DNA of 64,000 bases, taken from the IMG/VR virus record IMGVR_UViG_3300027969_000047; one strand, written 5' to 3'. Source of the DNA: a virus. This document shows, piece after piece, positions 28,690 to 37,810 of this stretch (positions are counted from its first letter, which is position 1; each line of letters opens with the position of its first letter). The notes under the pieces are model-generated. The model searched no databases, was not told the origin of the DNA, and was given only the letters and a program-made list of their open reading frames with translations. The position numbers and the translations under genes are program-made.

Positions 28690-29094
28690 TCAGTAATCGG
28701 TTTTCTTTTTACCGATGTTGTATTTAGTGACCAACTGCCATTCATCTTTCTCTTTGAAAGAGATAATTTTTATCTGATGCAGAGGTGCAATGTTGTCTGT
28801 CATTACTTGTCGATTGACAATCTTAACGAGACCCCACTCTTCTAACAAATTGGCGATAGCATTTCTACGAGAAATATCATTATCATCAATAGTAGCCTCT
28901 TTACCATCTAAGGCAAAAAGTTCTTTAAAGTGGACAATGTAATATTGTCCCTGTTTGTGTAGAATATGACAAGATTGATACAAGACTTTTTCTTTGCGTG
29001 AAGATACCCCAATACGGGTTAGTGTTTCTCTTACTTTTAAAAAATCATCCTGCTCTTTCAATGTCACTTCAATGAAGCTATTCAAATCATTCAT
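28690..29094 (-). CDS. regA: Translational repressor RegA
   Basis: DFLKVRETLTRIG, QSCHILHK, HFKELFALDG. Confidence 0.97.
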   Translation of the reverse strand: MNDLNSFIEVTLKEQDDFLKVRETLTRIGVSSRKEKVLYQSCHILHKQGQYYIVHFKELFALDGKEATIDDNDISRRNAIANLLEEWGLVKIVNRQVMTDNIAPLHQIKIISFKEKDEWQLVTKYNIGKKKTDY

Positions 29095-29468
29095 TTTCCG
29101 CCAATATCCGTTTTTGTTTTTAGTTCTTGGATTTGTTCATCACTAAGAAGGCGAAGTGCCTCACGGGCTTTGGAATTTGAATAGCCGAAGATTATCTTGA
29201 TGCATTCTATATCTTCACTTTTTTCAGATTTAGCCCACTTGGTGAAAGGTCTTTTGCGAGACCTAACGGTATTTAGTAAAAAATCATTTTGCATTTTGGC
29301 ATCTACATGATGCCTTGTGTTCATCTCATTAGCAAACAGAATGCAATCTTTATGGTACGAAAGCGACCGATTAGTCAGAAACGGAACATACTCTTTCTCT
29401 GTAAGGTCATCAACAATTAACTGTTGTTTACCTTGCAAAATTTGGTTTACAAAGTCAAATGGTGTCAT
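29091..29468 (-). CDS. 62: Clamp loader small subunit
   Basis: YVPFLTNRSLSY...ANEMN; synteny. Confidence 0.92.
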   Translation of the reverse strand: MTPFDFVNQILQGKQQLIVDDLTEKEYVPFLTNRSLSYHKDCILFANEMNTRHHVDAKMQNDFLLNTVRSRKRPFTKWAKSEKSEDIECIKIIFGYSNSKAREALRLLSDEQIQELKTKTDIGGK

Positions 29469-29470
29469 GG

Positions 29471-29923
29471 TCAGTACTTTGAAATAGTGTACTTACGCAT
29501 CTCATCCATGTACTCATCTGAGACTCTCTCGACTGGGACAACAGCATCTTGTACGATGTTAACCAAAAGCATTTCACGACCATCTTTAGTATTGTATTTT
29601 CTAATCAAAAACTCTTGTGGGTTCACTTTGAAAATCCAACCTTCCCACTTGTATGAATGTGAAGGAGCAGGCACTGCTACAAAATACAACTCATCTACAC
29701 CACGACACTTCTTCAGTTGATTGGGTTTGAATGTGAAAGCATTCTGCATGATAAAAGGAACTTGAGTCTTCACCTCAATCTTCTTACCATCACACACCAA
29801 ATCTTTTTCTCTATCATACGGGTCGATTGATTCTTCAACAACAAGACCTTGTCTACTGAAATAGTTGACAACAATCTTTTCACCCATACGACCTAACCAA
29901 TCCATCTTCTGTTCGTTGTTCAT
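29471..29923 (-). CDS. Putative PD-(D/E)xK nuclease inserted between genes 44 and 62
   Basis: GE...D...KD...IEVKT pattern. Confidence 0.55.
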   Translation of the reverse strand: MNNEQKMDWLGRMGEKIVVNYFSRQGLVVEESIDPYDREKDLVCDGKKIEVKTQVPFIMQNAFTFKPNQLKKCRGVDELYFVAVPAPSHSYKWEGWIFKVNPQEFLIRKYNTKDGREMLLVNIVQDAVVPVERVSDEYMDEMRKYTISKY

Positions 29924-30855
29924 ACAAACTCACAATCTGCCATGATTTCAATTAGACATGCCACCACATTAATTTCAGTGTCGGCAACGAATGCATTCTT
30001 GTATTGATAGTCAGCGAGAATCAATACTGCACGAGGAATGCTTTGTGGTTTTATCGAATCATAAAGCGAGTCATAGATTTTACGAAAGAAAGTTGTTGGG
30101 TCAATGTCATTGCTACCAACCCATTTACGAATTGATGTGAAGTCTTTCTCTTTCATAAACTTGATGATTTCAGAAATTGAAACATCTTGAATCTGAGCCA
30201 GAAGACCTGTATCAATCTTTCCAAATTTAGAATATCGCTGTAGTTCATTTAGCACACGGCGAAAGTCTGGAAAGTGTTTCTTGATGATTTCAACAACCAC
30301 CTTGTCTTCATATTCGATGTGTTCTTTCTCACCAAGAATGTTTTGAATTCTCTTAAAGAAAGCACCAGCCATCTTAGCCCGTTCACCATTCTTCAAAACA
30401 AATTCAACCACTGCACAGCGAGAGTGCAATGGCTCAATGATTTTGTTTTTGTAGTTACATGTAAAGATGAATGAACAATTAGAAGAATACTCTTCAATTG
30501 CATTACGCAAAATTGCTTGTGCGTTTGGTGTCAGATAATCAGCCTCATCGATAATGACAACTTTACGACCACCTGCCATCGACATTGATGATGCATAGTT
30601 TCTGATTTTGTAACGAATAGTGTCAACACCATTCTCATCAGAGCCATTGATAATCATGTAGTCACAACCAATCTCTTCACACATGGCTCTTGCAATTGTA
30701 GTTTTACCTACGCCTGCACCACCAGTCAAAAGAAGATTAGGTATGCTACTCTGATTAACATATTCCTGAAATGGTTGTTTCAACCTATCAGGAAGGATAC
30801 ACTCTTCAACCGTCTTAGGGCGATACTTCTCCACCCATAACATATGTTCTGACAT
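29920..30855 (-). CDS. 44: Clamp loader large subunit
   Basis: WVEKYRP, GVGKTT, IIDEAD, SRC. Confidence 0.97.
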   Translation of the reverse strand: MSEHMLWVEKYRPKTVEECILPDRLKQPFQEYVNQSSIPNLLLTGGAGVGKTTIARAMCEEIGCDYMIINGSDENGVDTIRYKIRNYASSMSMAGGRKVVIIDEADYLTPNAQAILRNAIEEYSSNCSFIFTCNYKNKIIEPLHSRCAVVEFVLKNGERAKMAGAFFKRIQNILGEKEHIEYEDKVVVEIIKKHFPDFRRVLNELQRYSKFGKIDTGLLAQIQDVSISEIIKFMKEKDFTSIRKWVGSNDIDPTTFFRKIYDSLYDSIKPQSIPRAVLILADYQYKNAFVADTEINVVACLIEIMADCEFV

Positions 30856-30884
30856 TCAAATTCTCCATAATAAAATAAGTCATA

Positions 30885-31214
30885 TTAAGATTCAATAGCA
30901 ACTCGGTGCCACTCATCTCCAATTTTCATCCACAAGCGATTGTCTTTACCAACAGTCATAGAAACCTTGTGAGTAACCTCTTGGTTCCAACCATTGACAT
31001 AAAATGTTTGTTGACCCATAGTTGGTTCTGGTGCTTTAGGTTTCTCACCATATGCACCCGTAAACTGAATTGTTATTGCTTCTTTTGGTGGTGCAAGATG
31101 ACTAATGTCTTTATGCTCATTAGCCATCTCTTTCACTTGTCTATAAGATGCAACACCTACAGCAAATGCACCAATGATACCAGCACCTTTTAAAAAATTA
31201 CGCCTCTGTTCCAT
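30885..31214 (-). CDS. Protein with twin-arginine (Tat) signal-like N-terminus
   Basis: MEQRRNFLKG followed by hydrophobic GAGIIGAFAVGVASY; GAGG upstream. Confidence 0.7.
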   Translation of the reverse strand: MEQRRNFLKGAGIIGAFAVGVASYRQVKEMANEHKDISHLAPPKEAITIQFTGAYGEKPKAPEPTMGQQTFYVNGWNQEVTHKVSMTVGKDNRLWMKIGDEWHRVAIES

Positions 31215-31371
31215 TGCGAATTTCCTCAATGCGTTTTTCTAAGACTGAGATTGCGGTATTGAAATGTCCAGTACCTTCTGTCTCTGGATTGAAGTAATAT
31301 CTACGAAGTGTCTCAACTTCAGTTTCTAATACTGCAATGTATTCTTCACGAGTGGTATTAAAGACTTGCAT
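31198..31371 (-). CDS. 57-aa hypothetical protein (not in the ORF track)
   Basis: Hand-translated MQVFNTTREEYIAVLETEVETLRRYYFNPETEGTGHFNTAISVLEKRIEEIRNGTEA; fills the gap after gene 45. Confidence 0.6.
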   Translation of the reverse strand: MQVFNTTREEYIAVLETEVETLRRYYFNPETEGTGHFNTAISVLEKRIEEIRNGTEA

Positions 31372-31373
31372 GA

Positions 31374-32057
31374 TTAAGCACCTTCAAACTTTGAACCGTT
31401 TTCAGTTGCAAGCCAGTATTCGAGTTTACGATTCTTGTTCTTAAAGTGTGCAAGACCTTTAGATGAAATCTGCAAATCATAAGCACCAGTGATAACTTTA
31501 GAGAGATTCTCTGTCTTGAAGAGGATACGATAAACATCACCATTACCAGTAGCAACAGTTAAGGAGTCGCTGTGTGCTGAATCGTTTTGTAAATCTAGTG
31601 TAGAGATACAAACATCAGTGCCATCACTCTCAATAGCAATATGTGGAGAACTCAAAACAGATGCTACACGATTAACCCATGTGAAATCTTCTTCAGACAA
31701 TGCTAATGTGATTTCTGGTGTTGGAAGAACAATGTTCTTCTCTGGTGGTACCTTAATCATTGTAGGGTCACAGTAGCGATACTTGATTTTGCTACGACCT
31801 TTGTTAGAAACAATCTTGACCAACTTATCTTCAAATTCAATCGCAGGTGTTTCTTTACTCAGAGACATTACAGAAAGAAAAGTGTTCAAGTCATAGATAC
31901 CAAACTCTTGAGGAAATGAATCATCAATAGTCGCCTCAGCAAGAATTGTTTTCTGTGAAGAAACGGTTCTCAGTACATTACCTTTTTTGAAGAAAAGACC
32001 CGAATTGATATTCGCATAATTCTTCAATACATCCATCGTGTTAGTGGACAATTTCAT
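31374..32057 (-). CDS. 45: Sliding clamp
   Basis: MKLS...LKNYANINSG, FGIYDL; synteny with gene 44. Confidence 0.95.
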   Translation of the reverse strand: MKLSTNTMDVLKNYANINSGLFFKKGNVLRTVSSQKTILAEATIDDSFPQEFGIYDLNTFLSVMSLSKETPAIEFEDKLVKIVSNKGRSKIKYRYCDPTMIKVPPEKNIVLPTPEITLALSEEDFTWVNRVASVLSSPHIAIESDGTDVCISTLDLQNDSAHSDSLTVATGNGDVYRILFKTENLSKVITGAYDLQISSKGLAHFKNKNRKLEYWLATENGSKFEGA

Positions 32058-32080
32058 ATTTAACTCCATTCAAAAATAAC

Positions 32081-32089
32081 ATTATAACA
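32081..32089 (-). promoter_or_regulatory. Extended -10 promoter TGTTATAAT for gene 45
   Basis: Read directly; GGAG SD downstream. Confidence 0.55.
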
Positions 32090-32091
32090 AA

Positions 32092-32703
32092 CTATCTAAA
32101 AAATTGCAACATGCTTTTGACTTCATTGCCTAAGTCTTGCACGGTACCATTGTTGTCAATCACATAATTGAATTCAGAACCAATCCAGTCCCATTCCGAT
32201 TTGTGAATACCTTTATCTGCCATACCCATGATTGCAGATGAGAAACCTTGATTGGCATCTTCTGCAAGATAATACCAAACAGGCTCTGGTCCTCTTTTTA
32301 CTCGAACAACAACTCCATTATTGTCTTGAATGTATTTGATTTCGTTTTGAAACCTAACATCAGTCACTACAACATCTTTGTTTTTTGCACGATTAAGAAG
32401 AGATATTACCCACAGGTCTTGGTGAAAGACATTTCTACCAGCCTCAGTTCCCATCAGTTGCAATGCTAGTCTTGGTGTGAATTCATATCCAAATTTTTCA
32501 CTCCAATATGAATCAGGTTTCTCACGCCAAGAACGGGAGACCTCGGTGTCACCTTCCAGTAACTCCCGAGGCCAACCGAACATGACAGCGACAGCATCTT
32601 TTAAAGGTTTTGCAAAAGAATCTTTTATAAAACCTTGTTCAACTAATAAGTCACCGACTGTACCTTTACCTGAACCTATGAAACCGACTAACCCAATAAT
32701 CAT
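32092..32703 (-). CDS. 1: Deoxynucleoside monophosphate kinase (T4 gp1-like)
   Basis: GFIGSGKG, SFAKPLKD, LQLMGTE, DVRFQNE, HKSE. Confidence 0.9.
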   Translation of the reverse strand: MIIGLVGFIGSGKGTVGDLLVEQGFIKDSFAKPLKDAVAVMFGWPRELLEGDTEVSRSWREKPDSYWSEKFGYEFTPRLALQLMGTEAGRNVFHQDLWVISLLNRAKNKDVVVTDVRFQNEIKYIQDNNGVVVRVKRGPEPVWYYLAEDANQGFSSAIMGMADKGIHKSEWDWIGSEFNYVIDNNGTVQDLGNEVKSMLQFFR

Positions 32704-33515
32704 AGTTTGCCGGTAAGTTCAGCTACTTTAGGCATGTCACCAGTGAAAGCATATGTTCCAATGTGCTGAGTTTTCATCCATGGACACAACCAAATCTCAC
32801 CACCCATCTTACGCCACATTTGACAGAACATGTAATCTTCTGAAAGATATCTGTCTGTACCACCACCAGTGATTGACTCTTTTGAATCGATTACTGTATC
32901 GAAGTAAGCATGAATGTATCTTGAACCATCAAAGTTTGATTGCCCAACATGGTCTGGTTTGTATCTGATGTTTGGATATTCAACAGCCATCTTATCGAAC
33001 ACATGGCGTTTAACTAACATGTAGCCAGTACCAATCTCCATCACCTCAAGTGGTTCTGTTACTTGAAACTGTGAAGTTCCTTTCACGACATTGAAAACAT
33101 ATTCACCAACAAGTTTCTCTAGTTCACGAGGATTCATGTTAGGATGTTTACGAGCCGCCTCTGCAACATTACCCCAATTGATAGATTTCTTTGGGTATGG
33201 TCCACCAATAACATCTTTATCTAATGCTAACAGTGCAACCACATCTTCTGGATTGTAGTGTACATCAGAATCGATAAAAAGTAAGTGTGTGTAACCTGAG
33301 CGAAGAAATTCATCTACCAAATAATTTCTTGCACGAGTGATTAGTGATTCATTGAACAGAAAAGAAAACTTAGTTTCGATTCCATATTTACCTAATGTAG
33401 ATTGTAAGTCTAAACAGGATTTAATATACATCCCATGAGCCATACCTCCATACATTGGTGTCGCAATGAACACTTTGTGATTTTTCAAATCTTCAACTTT
33501 AACTTGTATTTCCAT
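32700..33515 (-). CDS. GT-A fold glycosyltransferase-like protein
   Basis: IATPMYGG, ESLITRARN, LFIDSD (DxD), LSEDY. Confidence 0.75.
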   Translation of the reverse strand: MEIQVKVEDLKNHKVFIATPMYGGMAHGMYIKSCLDLQSTLGKYGIETKFSFLFNESLITRARNYLVDEFLRSGYTHLLFIDSDVHYNPEDVVALLALDKDVIGGPYPKKSINWGNVAEAARKHPNMNPRELEKLVGEYVFNVVKGTSQFQVTEPLEVMEIGTGYMLVKRHVFDKMAVEYPNIRYKPDHVGQSNFDGSRYIHAYFDTVIDSKESITGGGTDRYLSEDYMFCQMWRKMGGEIWLCPWMKTQHIGTYAFTGDMPKVAELTGKL

Positions 33516-33530
33516 AATGTTCCTATGATA

Positions 33531-33568
33531 AAAAGAGGTGTCACTTTTATGTATGTGACACCTCTTTT
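33531..33568. terminator. Long bidirectional intrinsic terminator
   Basis: AAAAGAGGTGTCAC...GTGACACCTCTTTT, a 14-bp inverted repeat. Confidence 0.8.
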
Positions 33569-33582
33569 ATTTTCAGGCTTTT

Positions 33583-33828
33583 TTAGGCAAAAGCACTAGA
33601 ACCCATAACTGCATATGCAGTTGCAACCATAGCACGAGTTGGATTACCCAAACGGTATGCGGTACCGTTTTTAGTTTTGTTGGTATAGATGCTGTAACCT
33701 TCTGCACGGAGTTCTTGAACACGAGCAGGCAATCTAGCAACACCAAAGCGGCTTTGAGCCTCTGATTCAGTCAGTGATTTTCCTGTGCTGAAAAACTGTA
33801 CCAATTTTTCGTTTTGTGATTTAGTCAT
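33583..33828 (-). CDS. Small winged-HTH DNA-binding protein
   Basis: SLTESEAQSRFGVARLPARVQELRAEGYSI; GAGG RBS. Confidence 0.75.
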   Translation of the reverse strand: MTKSQNEKLVQFFSTGKSLTESEAQSRFGVARLPARVQELRAEGYSIYTNKTKNGTAYRLGNPTRAMVATAYAVMGSSAFA

Positions 33829-33848
33829 AATTAACCTCATTAATGTAA

Positions 33849-33894
33849 GTCGCACTTTTCAAAGTATAACCTGAGAGGCGACATATCTCTCAAG
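33849..33894 (-). ncRNA. H-type pseudoknot in the 5' leader of the HTH gene
   Basis: S1 CUUGAGAG/CUCUCAGG; S2 GUCGC/GCGAC. Confidence 0.55.
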
Positions 33895-33902
33895 ATGTTA
33901 GT

Positions 33903-33941
33903 ATTATAATAGAAAAAGACCCTTTGGTCAAGGGTCTTTTC
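33903..33941 (-). promoter_or_regulatory. Sigma70 promoter TTGACC-N17-TATAAT overlapping the terminator hairpin of the AAA+ gene
   Basis: AAAAGACCCTT-GACCA-AAGGGTCTTTTT hairpin with the -35 across its loop. Confidence 0.75.
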
Positions 33942-33962
33942 GGTTAAGGTGTATTGTTTACC

Positions 33963-35159
33963 TTAGAAAGGAACTTCATCGCCTTTGTATGAAGGTGCAG
34001 TTGCCGTCACTTCAGGCACGGTGTTAGCCATGCTCACGCTTGCATCTACTTTGGTATACAAGTCAAGGAAGGATGCTTTCGTATCTTCATCGAAACGATT
34101 CAGGCAATACTGAATTGCTTTGAGTCGGTCACCAAAGATGCCATATGCTTTCGCAATATGCACAAGACGGCGAGTAGAAATCACTTCATCACAGCCACCA
34201 TCTTCAAAGGTTTTACGAACCGCATCAGCCCACACAACAAGGTTGTCAGCAAATTCATCATCGGCACGACCTTCACTCGCCAATTCTTTCTTAACGATTT
34301 TCTTTTCTACAGTGTTAGGAGCCCAACCTTGTTCGAAGGTAATTGGGAATCGTTCAAGGAAGGCTTCGTTCAGAACATTGGTGAACATGAAACGACCATC
34401 ATCTGAACCTTTACCTTTTGTATTTGCAGTAGCAATGATAGTGAAACCTGCGGCAGGCGCAATCACTTCATTTTTCTTCTTCAAAAGAAACGGCTTACCT
34501 TCAAGGACACGCTGAAGGCATGAAAGGTTCTGAGCACCATAGTCAATTTCATCGATACACAAAACGGCACCTTGGCGAGCCGCAACAGTCACAGGACCAT
34601 CACGCCATACCATCTCACCATTCATAAGAACATAGTTACCGAGCAAATCACTTTCATCGGTTTCAGGCGTCATTGAAATACAAACGAATTTGCGTTTCAG
34701 TTTAGCACACACTTGTTCAACGGACATGGTCTTGCCGTTACCAGATTGACCAGTGATAAACACAGGATAGAATTTATTCGAACCGATGATACGATTCAAA
34801 TCTTCAAAGTTACCAAAGGGAACATAATTTGAATACAGAGTAGGAACCAGATTCATCTGTTCCATGTCAGTGACAAGGTTTGTAATTTTTTGCATTGTAC
34901 TAGGTGCAGGTGATTGTACTGGCATCTGCAAAACTTGTGCAGTGAGATTCACTTTGGCAGTGGATGCTGGAGCCACAATCGTATTAGGAACTTTATACAA
35001 ACCACGACCAAGGCGGTTCTCTTCTTCTTTTGTAAACCACTGAGGAACTTTCATTCCGTTGGCATCACAAATGGTTTGAATTTCTTTAATTGTGATACTG
35101 GCTTGACCAGTAGCGGCAATCAAACTGAAAAACTTATCACGGTTATCACTTCTAGACAT
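33963..35159 (-). CDS. CobS/MoxR-like AAA+ ATPase
   Basis: GQSGNGKT, LCIDEID, ATANTKGKG, LNEAFLERF, ISTRRL. Confidence 0.92.
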   Translation of the reverse strand: MSRSDNRDKFFSLIAATGQASITIKEIQTICDANGMKVPQWFTKEEENRLGRGLYKVPNTIVAPASTAKVNLTAQVLQMPVQSPAPSTMQKITNLVTDMEQMNLVPTLYSNYVPFGNFEDLNRIIGSNKFYPVFITGQSGNGKTMSVEQVCAKLKRKFVCISMTPETDESDLLGNYVLMNGEMVWRDGPVTVAARQGAVLCIDEIDYGAQNLSCLQRVLEGKPFLLKKKNEVIAPAAGFTIIATANTKGKGSDDGRFMFTNVLNEAFLERFPITFEQGWAPNTVEKKIVKKELASEGRADDEFADNLVVWADAVRKTFEDGGCDEVISTRRLVHIAKAYGIFGDRLKAIQYCLNRFDEDTKASFLDLYTKVDASVSMANTVPEVTATAPSYKGDEVPF

Positions 35160-35194
35160 AATAAAAACCTTTCAACATCAACTAATCAAACTAC

Positions 35195-35250
35195 AGTATA
35201 CCTCAAAACCTACCTTTTGTCAAGTCTTTTTTTGTTGTATTTTTACAACA
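35195..35250 (-). promoter_or_regulatory. Sigma70 promoter TTGACA-N17-TATACT with upstream palindrome TGTTGTA-N4-TACAACA
   Basis: -10 at 35195-35200; -35 at 35218-35223; palindrome at 35233-35250. Confidence 0.85.
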
Positions 35251-37561
35251 CTGCAACTTGGTCGATAAATTTTGAGACTAGAACACGGCTCACTTGTTTC
35301 TTTTTAGAAAATTTCATAAAAGCGGTAGCAAGTTTATTGGAAGTAACTTTGCCTTCAACTTCAATAGAATTTTCTTCAACAGCCAATTCAGAGCCACCAG
35401 GAATCAAATAGAAACGGTTATAGCCTTTTGTATATGATTCAATAAACTTTTGCTTACGCATCAGTTTACCCAATTCACTAGCCTTCTCTTGTCTTTGTTG
35501 ATACTCATGTTCTGGAACATAACCATCTTTAAACAAGGTCTCACCTTTTTCATTGGCATAGTATCTGTACACTGCATTTTTAATGCCGCTAGTTTTTGGT
35601 GATGTTATGTAGAAACCAACAACTTTTGAATTGGTAGTCACTTGCAACATTTCCATAAGGCTAGCAGTCATGCCACGATAATCACGATTGTCAACTTTAA
35701 TCTGCATTTTGCTTTTTGGCTCACGCAAAATAACATTGTCACTTGACCTGAAGTTTTTCAAATGAGAACCATCGTGAACATGGTTGCATGAATCAGAATC
35801 ACCATCATGCAAAATAACAATGTTTGAAATTTCAATATTGTTCACTTTGTTGAAATTCTCAACAACAGGTTTCAATGCAACCAAAGCGGCATTCAAAGGA
35901 GTATTCGACAATGATTCACTGTCTGGTATACGAAGACTATTACGATAACCATTCGACTTTGTATATGAATGCATCAACATTACCAGAGCCATCATTGCTT
36001 TGTTAAACTCAGTGGAACTCATGCGAGAATTAATCATCTCACGCAGGAACACTTTGCTAAAATGCAAGTCACCATTATTCTCAGAAAATTGTTTGAATGC
36101 ATAAGTATCCCAAACATTTACTTTATCATTTGGAAAATCTAAATTACGAACACCAACTTCATCACCGAAGCCATATGCAACAAAAGGAATGTTCACTTTG
36201 CGGCAGAAGGAAACTAGAATCAATAACTGTTCAATAGTACCAGCCATGTTATCATGCATGGAGCCAGACTTGTCGAGCAACATCACTAGACCATGAGACT
36301 TGCCTTTTGGCACTCGCATAACCTTGCGGAAGATTTGGTCATCGATTTTGTAATTGTAGATTTTGCTAATATCAATATCACCAGTGTTCGACAATTTAGA
36401 TTTAGAAAACGATTTTGCGGCTTTACGCATTTCGAATTCTTTAGCTAACAAACCAATGTAACGGTCATTCTTAGAACGGAATTCATTCAACAATTTTTGA
36501 CCACTCAGATTAGGATAGAAATCTGAGTAGTGATTCAAAATCTGTTCATTAACTCGCTTGGCAGGTGTAACAATCTTATCCAAGTTTGCAGTTGGAACAT
36601 TTGCATACACATATTGTTTAGATTTTTCATCTAACAGAGAAGATTCATTACGGCGAAACTCTTCATCGGTTTTGCAAACTGGTTGCTTATACGATTCGGC
36701 AGATTCTTTATAACGATTGATGGCTGAACCAACATCGGACTCTTCAGATTCAGAATCATTTTCTTCATCGGAATCATCGAAGTCATAATCACCTTCACCA
36801 GAAGTTTCGGCTTCTGATTTATCTTCACCATCTTCATCACCGTAGTCGGAATCACCTTCATCGGAACCACCGAAGTCATCTTCCATTTCTTCAGAATCAA
36901 AATCATCTTCACTAGATTGTGATTCAGATTTTTCTTCATCGGCTTCTTCAGCCGCTTGTTTTTTTAATTTCTTAGCGGCTTCTTCATTAGCCTTGTTTTG
37001 CTCATCTTGAGAATAGCCGAAGATTTTTGTAGTAACCCGTTCAACATCTTCCCATGTTTCGCATGATTCTACTTCCTTGACCAACAAGGTTTCTTCATCA
37101 TTGAATTTGACAGGCAGAGTGTAACTAGATTTTGTATAGAGGTTCAGACGGTCGATAAAAAACAGACCATCGATTTCGTTTTCTTTAACACCAAAGAAAC
37201 CTTTTTTGAAAAGACCATGGTATGCATTGACAAACGATTTACGAAGACCAGGATAACGGCGTTTGATTTTCTTTTCGATACGGGCATCTTCAATCACATT
37301 CAGGAAGTGTCGAAAGTTTTTACCTTTTTTCGAAGTGGCAGTGTGCCAACCTTTTTCAGGTGTCTCTAATGCGTGACCAACTTCATGGCCCATCAAAAGG
37401 TCGTACAACTCGCCAGTCATTTCTTGCCAGATAGGGCAGGTCAATGTGCGAGATTTTAAATCAAAGGATGCGGTTTTTACAGGCGCATGTACAATTTGAA
37501 TGTCTTCATTAGCCATCAACTTGGCTAGTTGGGACTTAGACTCAACAGAAAAATTTGTCAT
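35243..37561 (-). CDS. Zincin (HExxH) + acidic linker + VWA domain protein (CobT-like partner)
   Basis: HEVGH, NVIEDARIE, D/E/S-rich tract, DKSGSM MIDAS, LHDGD. Confidence 0.88.
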   Translation of the reverse strand: MTNFSVESKSQLAKLMANEDIQIVHAPVKTASFDLKSRTLTCPIWQEMTGELYDLLMGHEVGHALETPEKGWHTATSKKGKNFRHFLNVIEDARIEKKIKRRYPGLRKSFVNAYHGLFKKGFFGVKENEIDGLFFIDRLNLYTKSSYTLPVKFNDEETLLVKEVESCETWEDVERVTTKIFGYSQDEQNKANEEAAKKLKKQAAEEADEEKSESQSSEDDFDSEEMEDDFGGSDEGDSDYGDEDGEDKSEAETSGEGDYDFDDSDEENDSESEESDVGSAINRYKESAESYKQPVCKTDEEFRRNESSLLDEKSKQYVYANVPTANLDKIVTPAKRVNEQILNHYSDFYPNLSGQKLLNEFRSKNDRYIGLLAKEFEMRKAAKSFSKSKLSNTGDIDISKIYNYKIDDQIFRKVMRVPKGKSHGLVMLLDKSGSMHDNMAGTIEQLLILVSFCRKVNIPFVAYGFGDEVGVRNLDFPNDKVNVWDTYAFKQFSENNGDLHFSKVFLREMINSRMSSTEFNKAMMALVMLMHSYTKSNGYRNSLRIPDSESLSNTPLNAALVALKPVVENFNKVNNIEISNIVILHDGDSDSCNHVHDGSHLKNFRSSDNVILREPKSKMQIKVDNRDYRGMTASLMEMLQVTTNSKVVGFYITSPKTSGIKNAVYRYYANEKGETLFKDGYVPEHEYQQRQEKASELGKLMRKQKFIESYTKGYNRFYLIPGGSELAVEENSIEVEGKVTSNKLATAFMKFSKKKQVSRVLVSKFIDQVAVL

Positions 37562-37586
37562 AGTGTATTTATCTCAATCAATCAAA

Positions 37587-37781
37587 CTACAGTATAGCAC
37601 ATTCGGCGGTGCTTGTCAAGTAGTCAGAAAGTTGTTGTCTCAACTCAGGTTTCTGAGACAGAAGTTCACAAAGAAAAGTTTGAATACCTTGGCTTTCAAT
37701 CAATTCTACTACATCCATAGTTACAAACGATAGTTGCATTTCATCAACATCTATCAAGTCATTGAGGGAAGTAATCGGCAT
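37587..37781 (-). CDS. Small hypothetical early protein
   Basis: 64 aa; AAGGA RBS; own promoter. Confidence 0.6.
   Translation of the reverse strand: MPITSLNDLIDVDEMQLSFVTMDVVELIESQGIQTFLCELLSQKPELRQQLSDYLTSTAECAIL
37591..37619 (-). promoter_or_regulatory. Sigma70 promoter TTGACA-N17-TATACT
   Basis: Same TATACTGTAGT start region as the two neighbouring promoters. Confidence 0.85.
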
Positions 37782-37810
37782 ACAGTGTCCTTTTCGATTA
37801 ATCAGACTAC

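Noticed and set aside
36631-36939. 102-aa alternate-frame ORF and apparent repeats in the VWA gene
   Set aside because: By-product of the low-complexity GAT/GAA acidic linker; not a tandem repeat or array
37566-37573. GATAAATA late-like box before the VWA gene
   Set aside because: Its predicted start would fall at or inside the ATG, and a consensus sigma70 promoter already explains expression
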